Shown here piece after piece: positions 54,147 to 64,000 of a stretch of 64,000 bases of DNA (its first letter is position 1; every line of letters starts with the position of its first letter). Both the position numbers and the translations under genes were made by a program. Source of the DNA: Octopus sinensis (taxonomy: Eukaryota); assembly GCF_006345805.1 (NCBI RefSeq), contig NC_042999.1:82212001-82276000 (forward strand), written 5' to 3'. The notes under the pieces are model-generated. The model saw only the letters and a program-made list of their open reading frames with translations, had not been told where the DNA came from and searched no databases.

Positions 54147-57100
54147 GAGGGCATTATTATACATAGATGCCACACGCTAAGAGGACAAAAAGTCATTTCT
54201 ACCAAACATTTTACTAATCCCACCGAATGCAATCGTTCAAAGCAAGACATTTAAAAAATATATAGACTTGTATCACCTGTGATTTCGTACTTATGTACTG
54301 TTCAGCAAGCCTGAACGTATCATAAATAAACGACCCTGTCTCGTCGAAGCCAGCAGCTAACTGTTCAACTTCAACGAAGCACATGGGGGAGTTTACATAT
54401 ATTACATCCGGTAAATGGCAGGTTTCTTCTTCGAATTGCATTTCGGATAGGAAAAGTTTTTTCGGAATAAAATTATTTAGCAATTAAGGACAACTTCTTA
54501 ATAAGGAATCTTAATAAGAAATTATCAGGTAGATGGCGTGAAAATCCTCATAAGAGAAAAAGTTCGAAATAATTCTTTCTTATTGAACATATTAATTTAT
54601 ATATAGAGGGCATTATTATATATAGATGCCACACGCTAAGAGGGACAAAAAGCCATTTCTACCAAAAATTTTACTAATCCCACCGAATGCAATCTTTCAA
54701 AGCAAGTCATTTAAAAAATATATAGACTTGTATCACCTGTGAGTTCGTACTTATGTACTCTTCAGCAAGCCAGAACTTATCATAAATAAACGACCCTGTC
54801 TCGTCGAAGCCAAGCAGCTAACTGTTCAACTTCAACGAAGCACATGGGGGAGTTTACATATATTACATCCGGTAAATGGCAGGCTTCTTCGAATTGCATT
54901 TCGGTTAGGAAAAGTTTTTTCGGAATAAAATTATTTTGCAATTAAGGACAACTTCTTAATAAGGAATCTTAATAACAAATTATCAGGTAGATAGCGTGAA
55001 AAACCTCATAAGAGAAAAATTTCGAAAGTAATTCTTTCTTTTGAACATATTAATTTATATATAGAGGGCGAACATATTAATTTATATATAGAGGGCATTA
55101 TTATACATAGATGCCACACGCTAAGAGGGACAAAAAGTCATTTCTACCAAACATTTTACTAATCCCACCGAATGCAATCGTTCAAAGCAAGACATTTAAA
55201 AAATATATAGACTTGTATCACCTGTGATTTCGTACTTATGTACTGTTCAGCAAGCCTGAACGTATCATAAATAAACGACCCTGTCTCGTCGAAGCCAAGC
55301 AGCTAACTGTTCAACTTCAACGAAGCACATGGGGGAGTTTACATATATTACATCCGGTAAATGGCAGGTTTCTTCGAATTGCATTTCGGATAGGAAAAGT
55401 TTTTTCGGAATAAAATTATTTAGCAATTAAGGACAACTTCTTAATAAGGAATCTTAATAAGAAATTATCAGGTAGATGGCGTGAAAATCCTCATAAGAGA
55501 AAAAGTTCGAAATAATTCTTTCTTATTGAACATATTAATTTATATATAGAGGGCATTATTATATATAGATGCCACACGCTAAGAGGGACAAAAAGCCATT
55601 TCTACCAAAAATTTTACTAATCCCACCGAATGCAATCTTTCAAAGCAAGTCATTTAAAAAATATATAGACTTGTATCACCTGTGAGTTCGTACTTATGTA
55701 CTCTTCAGCAAGCCAGAACTTATCATAAATAAACGACCCTGTCTCGTCGAAGCCAAGCAGCTAACTGTTCAACTTCAACGAAGCACATGGGGGAGTTTAC
55801 ATATATTACATCCGGTAAATGGCAGGCTTCTTCGAATTGCATTTCGGTTAGGAAAAGTTTTTTCGGAATAAAATTATTTTGCAATTAAGGACAACTTCTT
55901 AATAAGGAATCTTAATAACAAATTATCAGGTAGATAGCGTGAAAAACCTCATAAGAGAAAAATTTCGAAAGTAATTCTTTCTTTTGAACATATTAATTTA
56001 TATATAGAGGGCGAACATATTAATTTATATATAGAGGGCATTATTATACATAGATGCCACACGCTAAGAGGGACAAAAAGTCATTTCTACCAAAAATTTT
56101 ACTAATCCCACCGAATGCAATCTTTCAAAGCAAGACATTTAAAAAAATATATAGAATTGTATCACCTGTGATTTCGTACTTATGTACTGTTCAGCAAGCC
56201 TGAACGTATCATAAATAAACGACCCTGTCTCGTCGAAGCCAAGCAGCTAACTGTTCAACTTCAACGAAGCACATGGGGGAGTTTACATATATTACATCCG
56301 GTAAATGGCAGGCTTCTTCGAATTGCATTTCGGTTAGGAAAATTTTTTTTGGAATAAAATTATTTAGCAATTAAGGACAACTTCTTAATAAGGAATCTTA
56401 ATAACAAATTATCAGGTAGATAGCGTGAAAAACCTCATAAGAGAAAAATTTCGAAAGTAATTCTTTCTTATTGAACATATTAATTTATATATAGAGGGCA
56501 TTATTATACATAGATGCCACACGCTAAGAGGGACAAAAAGTCATTTCTACCAAAAATTTTACTAATCCCACCGAATGCAATCTTTCAAAGCAAGACATTT
56601 AAAAAATATATAGACTTGTATCACCTGTGATTTCGTACTTATGTACTCTTCAGCAAGCCTGAACGTATCATAAATAAACGACCCTGTCTCGTCGAAGCCA
56701 AGCAGCTAACTGTTCAACTTCAACGAAGCACATGGGGGAGTTTACATATATTACATCCGGTAAATGGCAGGCTTCTTCGAATTGCATTTCGGTTAGGAAA
56801 AGTTTTTTTGGAATAAAATTATTTTGCAATTAAGGACAACTTCTTAATAAGGAATCTTAATAAGAAATTATCAGGTAGATAGCGTGAAAAACCTCATAAG
56901 AGAAAAATTTCGAAAGTAATTCTTTCTTATTGAACATATTAATTTATATATAGAGGGCGAACATATTAATTTATATATAGAGGGCATTATTATACATAGA
57001 TGCCACACGCTAAGAGGGACAAAAAGTCATTTCTACCAAAAATTTTACTAATCCCACCGAATGCAATCTTTCAAAGCAAGGCATTTAAAAAATATATAGA

Positions 57101-57512
57101 CTTGTATCACCTGTGATTTCGTACTTATGTACTGTTCAGCAAGCCTGAACGTATCATAAATAAACGACCCTGTCTCGTCGAAGCCAAGCAGCTAACTGTT
57201 CAACTTCAACGAAGCACATGGGGCAGTTTACATATATTACATCCGGTAAATGGCAGGCTTCTTCGAATTGCATTTCGGTTAGGAAAAGTTTTTTCGGAAT
57301 AAAATTATTTTGCAATTAAGGACAACTTCTTAATAAGGAATCTTAATAAGAAATTATCAGGTAGATAGCGTGAAAATCCTCATAAGAGAAAAATTTCGAA
57401 AATAATTCTTTCTTATTGAACATATTAATTTATATAGAGAGGGCATTATTATACATAGATGCCACACGCTAAGAGGGACAAAAAGTCATTTCTACCAAAG
57501 ATTTTACTAATC
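54147..57512. repeat. Tandem satellite: 7 full ~459-bp units plus a partial eighth
   Basis: GAGGGC unit starts at 54147, 54606, 55064/55091, 55549, 56007/56034, 56494, 56953/56980 and 57439. Confidence 0.97.
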
Positions 57513-57514
57513 TG

Positions 57515-57553
<39 letters not shown>

Positions 57554-57562
57554 TATATATAT

Positions 57563-57756
<194 letters not shown>

Positions 57757-57773
57757 TAATATATATATATATA

Positions 57774-58990
57774 TCGGGCCGAGTAAAAAGTAAGCAACGT
57801 TTTATCACCATATATTTCAACAATGCAGAAATTTTATTCATCAAAGTAAGTACAATTACAATCAACACGAGTTACAAGTTTGTTTATTCCGGGAACATAA
57901 AAATCTGAAGTTGTGAAGCTAATGAACTCTTTGAGTTCACTTTCAGGATGGGTTTAATTTGTTAACTCCTTTCGTAGGAAGCCATCAAGTTGCTTAAGAA
58001 AGTAGTAATCAGTGGGAGAAAGATCTGGGGAATAAGCTGGGTGGGGAAGAACTTCGTAGATAAGTTCCCTCAACTTCTGGAGCGTCATTAGTGAAACGTG
58101 TAGTCGAGCATTGTCATGAAGAATGATTGGGACGGAGCAGTGGCAAATTTTCGCTCATTTTGGTAATTTCATCTTAATATGTTTCTGCAGTAATTGTCTT
58201 TCCGTATTTTAAGAAGTCATAGTGGATGAGTCCAATAGTAGACAACGAAACAGTCACCATAACATTCTTTTTGAAGAGCTCGGGTTGATTTTCGGTGTTT
58301 CATTTTGCTCCAACCACTGCGAAGAACGTTATTATTTTCATCGTACAGATTCCACTTTTCATCGACTGTTACAATGCGGTCGAGAAATGGATCGGTGTCC
58401 TTATGGAGAAGAAGCGACGAAGAAATTTCATTTCTGAGCATTTTGTGACTTTCATATTTTACTCATTTCTCAAGCTTTTTTGATTTTCCGATAGAATGCA
58501 AATGATTGCAGGCAGTTTTCTAGCTAACTTGAAGTTCTTTTCCCAGTTCCCAAGTGGTTTTACGTGAATCTTTCTCAATGACCGTCTTTAATTGACCGTC
58601 ATCGATGATAGATGGACGCCCACTACTCCACTATCTTCAAGGCTCAGTTCTCCACTGTGAAATCGTTTAAACCATTTTAGAGCTAACCACTCACGGATCA
58701 TTTCCTCACCAAACGTTTCGTTGATATCGCGAGCAGCTGCAGCTGCTTTATGTCCTTTTGAAGTTGAATAACAGAATTGCTCGAATATCGCGCTTTAACA
58801 GTTCCATTTCAGATTATTATAACAACGGTAAAAAAATATCAATATTAATTCATTGGTTTATTTGGGCAAGTCTATGTCTGTACTGTTAGACAACTGCAAA
58901 AATGTTTTTTAAAAAATTTCAAATCTCAGCAAAAATCCGTACAAATTCTTCCTGGCTCAAAACGTTGGTTATTTTTTTTACTCAACTTGA
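57774..58990 (-). mobile_element. Mariner (DD34D, Hsmar1-like) transposon, ~1.2 kb, both TIRs, pseudogenised
   Basis: PFLDRIVTVDEKW, HDNARLH and LPHPAYSPDLSPTDYY motifs; ~30-bp TIRs at 57774-57803 and 58959-58990; TA on both sides. Confidence 0.93.
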
Positions 58991-61004
58991 TATTTATATA
59001 TATATATATGTATATATATATATACATACAGGCAGTCCTGTTAATCGGGTCATCTGGAACCCTCGTCGTCGTAACCGACGGAGTGCCAGTATATATAGCA
59101 TATATATATATATAGCATATATATATACATGCGAGTGTCTATGTGGCATATTTTTTCCCTGTTTTTGTACTTTAACACAGAGGCAAGCGTATACCGCCCA
59201 CTTTTGATCTTTACATCAGAGAAATATTAAATTATCCTCTGCTTCCAAAAGACTTCCATTCTTTCCCTTTCCTTTTTTTTATCTCATCCCTTTCTGACAT
59301 TTCGGCGCCTGACCACCCGATAAGTAGTTTTTTGTTATCTGTTATTCATCTTTAAGTCCCTTCAAAATTTATCTCCATGCTTGGTTGACTACGTCATTGT
59401 TGATCATTGTTTACAAGTTGTAATCCCTGACAAATTCTCTTTTACCAAATTACTGTGTCCTGATTTTTATCTCCGCTCTTGTTTTCTTTTACGCTTCTTT
59501 CGCCAGTTTCTTCTCACATTTTGTCTTCTTCCCGATCCCCTTCTTCCTACAGAAAACGTTTTTGCCCTGCTTCCTTCTCTTCGTCTTTACCAAATTCTTA
59601 CTATCATATTACTTTCCTGACTCTCTTTCTTCTAGCCTTGCCTATTGAACTCCACCCTCTTCTTTGTCGCTCTCTTTCGTCATTCAACTGCCCTTAAGAT
59701 ATAAGTAAAAGCTAAAACCTGAATTACTTCAAATCAACAGGCATATAGTTTCTACTACTAAGAAACAACGCCTTCCAGATTATACTTAACATACTTATCC
59801 AAAATGGAGGGTCTATGAACAGAAATTGCATCTTCAGCTAGAAAGTTCCAAGTCAGATGGGGCTGATGAATCTTAACATATATAAGTTTATGTTACCATT
59901 CTGCAAAAAATAAACCATAAATTATTTTTACGTATCAGACACGTCTTTAATTCAAATTTGATTGCCTGTATGCTTACTTATACACATCAATATGTGTGGC
60001 GGGTAGGTTTCTGTGTAAGTATGTGTGAGCGGACTGTGAAGTCCGTTGTTAGGGCCCTATGATGTCACTGTTAGGGCCCTATTTTGTCACTACTATTTAC
60101 TTATGGGTACCATAACTATGGGAAACAATTGAAGCGATCAAAGGTTATAATATTCCGTTTGATAGTGGTTATCCCAGCCACAGAGTTTTCAACAGACAAG
60201 ACGTTCAGCTTCTGTAGGGTGACATTACTACATTTCCGTCTTCATTTTCTATATTATACATATGTGTTTCTTTCCGTATATATGTTTGTGCGTGCATGTC
60301 AATGTGCATGTATGTCAGTGAGCGTCTATGTCAGAGTGAGTATGTGTCTGATGCTGTTTGTAAAGAATGCGATATTCTGGCTAATCATATATCAAACAGA
60401 TCGATAACGTCATTTATAAGATTCTTGACAATAGTATGCTAGAAATATAACATAATAATAAGGCTGATTGGAAGATAATCAAGTGTGATTGGTAAGCTCC
60501 TATCTTAATTTCTATATTAGATTTATGCACCACGTATCGGTGCCTATTTCAACAGCAGTATCTCTCCCCACCCGTCGTCTCTCCCTCTCTCTTTCTCTCT
60601 TTCTCTCCCTCTAGCTTATTTTGAAATATCGGTGACGCATTACAGAAATAATGATGTTTCTTTCTGTCAATTTATCAATATATTTCTATTCGTAATTTCT
60701 ATTAGTCTCTCACCAACTCCTTTTTATTGTGATAGCTTCATACTTCCTTGTTGATTTATTGCTATATATATATATATGGTGGGGTATGTGTGCTCGTGTG
60801 TGTGTGTACGTTTGTGTGTGAGAGAGCGTGTGTGTGTATTTGTAAATATATATACATATATACGTACATATAAATATATATATATATATGTATATACACA
60901 GACATACACATATATACATGCATGCATACATACGCCGTACGTTAATACTTTGCCATTCCCTCTTCTTAACTTTTTTTCCAATGAACACGTTTTTTTTTTT
61001 CATT

Positions 61005-61158
61005 TCCTCTCTATTTATTTCCTCTCATTCCTTTCTATCGAAGAGCATAGGCTCGAAATGTAAAAGTCTTTTCCATTTTTCCCGAGAGTCAAACTAATAG
61101 TCTTGCTTGTTGATCCTACACCTGTCTTCGTCTTTGTTTTTCTATAAATTTGAACTAC
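61005..61158 (+). mobile_element. PLE-tail-like short repeat with degenerate hammerhead
   Basis: CTTT-CTATCGA-A-GAGC-ATAG-GCTC-GAAA-T-GTA-AAAG (61031-61066). Confidence 0.65.
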
Positions 61159-61199
61159 ATACATACATTCATAAATACATATATGAATGCATGCATGCA

Positions 61200-61230
<31 letters not shown>

Positions 61231-61490
61231 CACACACACGTACACACACGTACACACACAAACACACACACAAAAACATACACATAACACATATTTAAAG
61301 GCACACTGGCGTATCACACTGGCGTGACACACTGATGTGGCACGCTGGCATGTAGTAAGAAATATGCACTTCAATCATATGATTCCTTGATCAGTTCCAC
61401 TACGTGGTACTTGGGCTGGCCAAAGCTATGTGGGTGAATTTGAAAGACTAAATTAAAAGACATACATACATACATACATACATACATACA

Positions 61491-61525
<35 letters not shown>

Positions 61526-61635
61526 GAATATATATGTGTGTGTACGTATATACACATATTCTGAGAGTCAGGCAGAAATAGATATATAGACAGACAGACA
61601 GACAAACAGACAGACATACAGATAGATAGACAGAC

Positions 61636-61716
<81 letters not shown>

Positions 61717-61751
61717 GACAGATAGACAGACAGACAGACAGACAGATAGAT

Positions 61752-61925
61752 AGCGGTATTTCGCCCGTCTTCACGTTTTGAGTTCAAATTCCACCGAGGT
61801 TGACTTTGCCCTTCATCCGTTCGGTCTCAATAGAATAAGCAGTAGATCGGTATTCGGGTCGATGCAACCGACTAGAGTCCCAACACGGAAATTCTGATTT
61901 TGGTCTCGAGCCAAAATCCGAAACC
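61752..61925 (+). mobile_element. SINE family B, diverged and 5'-truncated
   Basis: GCGGTATTTCG...GAGTTCAAATTCCACCGAGGTTGACTTTGCCCTTCATCC. Confidence 0.8.
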
Positions 61926-62056
61926 AATGTTTATAAATTCGCTGCAAAAATGTAAAGAAGAAAGTATACAATATTTTTATATACCTCCGTGGTCAGAATC
62001 ATATTGTATTTTGCGATCTGTTTAGTTTCTATTGAGTTATTAAAAAAATAATAAAT

Positions 62057-62403
62057 GCGCCCTTTTAAATCCTACCTAGGCTCATGAGCCAGGTTTTCCG
62101 GTTTCAATGGCGTATGCCTTCCCCAGCCTGGACGGGACGCCAGTCCATCGCAGCGTTACTCATTTTTGCCAGTTGAGTGCCATCATTGTTGTCGTTGTTG
62201 TTGTTTTTCTGTTATCTATTACAAAATAAATCTCAGATGGAATAACCAGTGAAACTTGGTGACAGCGTGGTTGATATAGTATTCGTAATAATCTGAAATG
62301 AAGTGTTTTGCTCAAGAACATAACGCGTCGCCCGGTCCAGGAATCGAAACCTCAATTTTACGATCATGATGCTGTCACCCTAACTACTGAACCACGCGCC
62401 TCC
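62057..62403 (-). mobile_element. SINE family C carrying a templated insertion
   Basis: SINE sequence at 62057-62179 and 62294-62403; the insert is a copy of 62445-62562. Confidence 0.88.
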
Positions 62404-62825
62404 ACTATTGAGTTGTTACTCCATAAGGAATATATTTGTTTATTGTGCCATCATAGTTGTCGTTGTTGTTTTTCTGTTATCTAATACAAAATAAATCTCA
62501 GATGGAATAACCAGTGAAACTTGTTGACAGCGTGGTTGATATATTATTCATAATAATCTGAATTTTTTGTTAAAGATATGTGTTTTTACATTTGCTTACA
62601 CCTCACAGCGTGGATTGAAAATATCAATTTGTATTGGTGACATAAACTCCTTTTCAGTCACAATATCCTCGATTGGATATTTACTCAATTTTTATTCCGT
62701 CAAGTTCATTATCGTACAATGATATGCATCATAAATTCAATATATATCACTATGCACAAAAAGCAAATTCTTTCAATATAGATGAGATCCTCCCAATCTT
62801 ATCTCATTACATATTTTATATGTAA

Positions 62826-62942
<117 letters not shown>

Positions 62943-63340
62943 GTATGTATGTATGTATGTATATATATATACTCACAGAGAGAGGCAAATATGCAGAGAA
63001 ACAAATTAGGTACATCAAATTATGCTTATGGTAATCGCTAACCATACTTCGCCACCACAACCCCTCATTACTCACCCCACGCAGCCTTCCCAACCTCACA
63101 AATAAAATCCATCGTGACTTAGAATTTTTTAGCAGGTAAGATTTTAAACATCGACCCGGACATATGCAACATTCATGGGACTACTACTGGATGTTACCCG
63201 TTTAAATCTTGTTTTAAATTTTATCTGATTATGGGGGACACTATGTTAAGGTGTAATATTTATGGCTGCATTAAATAAATGAAATTATGCCCAAACCTCT
63301 GTATTTATGTTTTTGTACTTACGCCACACCTAGGACTTAC

Positions 63341-63450
63341 CGCTGTTCCATGGCTTAAATTGGATTTGGTAGCCTTCCAACACTTGATGTAATCAGTATG
63401 GTTTATTTCAATGTGATTGTATGTTATAGCACAGATCCACTTCTGGCGCC
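63341..63450 (-). CDS. Candidate 110-nt internal coding exon, product unknown
   Basis: Acceptor CATCTACTTCTAG and donor CG|GTAAGT; one open frame, RQKWICAITYNHIEINHTDYIKCWKATKSNLSHGTA. Confidence 0.35.
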
Positions 63451-63499
63451 CTAGAAGTAGATGTGCATTGATAAAACCATAATAAAATTATATATAAAT

Positions 63500-64000
63500 C
63501 ATCCATGCACCTGCAGTCATGCTGGAGCACCAGCATAGCTTTGCTTTTTTCACATAATCACTCCTGCATGTGCTTTTGTCCCAGCTTTTGGCTCGTTTAG
63601 TGTATGAGGGAATTTGATTCCACCGCCCTCGTCTGTATCTTATGTCAGGCCGTTGTGGTTCGTCCGGTATCGTAGACAGGAAGGAGTCTTTTTCCTTTTT
63701 GAAGACATCTATGTCCACATTATGGAGATTTCTTAATTTTTCTGGCTGAGCATTAAAGCGCTGTGGGCCTTTCAACCCGAGTCTATTGCAGTACCTGGCC
63801 CTAAATTTACATGGAGTGGATGTTAATTTGGCATAATACAATGGCGCCCAGTTCTGGCATTTGTATAACATTTAATGCCGAAATTGGGTAGTAGCTCTTC
63901 TATAGTTTTCCATATGTAGATTATTAGATATATGTCGTATATTTTCTGAGCCTCTTCCCGTAGCTCATCCGCTGAAATGTTTCAATCTTTTTAATGTAGT
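63500..64000 (-). mobile_element. 3' end of a CR1/L2-group LINE, continuing beyond the window
   Basis: KFRARYCNRLGLKGPQRFNAQPEKLRNLHNVDIDVFKKEKDSFLSTIPDEP resembles the C-terminus of invertebrate CR1/L2-group ORF2, followed by a short 3' UTR. Confidence 0.75.

Noticed and set aside
54214-54483. 89-aa ORF in the first satellite unit, and a possible hammerhead in the unit (CTGATAA plus hairpin on the minus strand)
   Set aside because: The reading frame is disturbed by small indels between units and has no recognisable motif. The hairpin is not followed by GAAA.
54147-57512. CRISPR-like array
   Set aside because: The units are whole near-identical 459-bp repeats without unique spacers, in a eukaryotic context.

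Overview
Eukaryotic, very AT-rich, microsatellite-dense DNA. It is most likely intronic or intergenic sequence from a coleoid cephalopod (Octopus), an inference from SINE families I recognise from memory and from the repeat density. No host gene can be named; only a few low-confidence minus-strand exon candidates were seen. Most ORFs in the supplied track are translations of microsatellites. The window holds many copies of three tRNA-derived SINE families, fragments of RTE and CR1/L2-like LINEs, Penelope-like (PLE) GIY-YIG remnants, a near full-length mariner, an internally deleted Tc1/Tc3-like element, several TA-flanked fold-back elements and a 459-bp satellite with dimeric higher-order structure. 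The best lead is a non-coding 362-bp partial tandem repeat (49105-49649). It carries a complete extended type I hammerhead fold on the minus strand (49320-49390) with a compensatory U3-A8 core, which makes it a candidate octopus retrozyme. The same UUGAAAA core recurs at the ends of a PLE remnant. Coordinates were counted by hand and may be off by a few bases.
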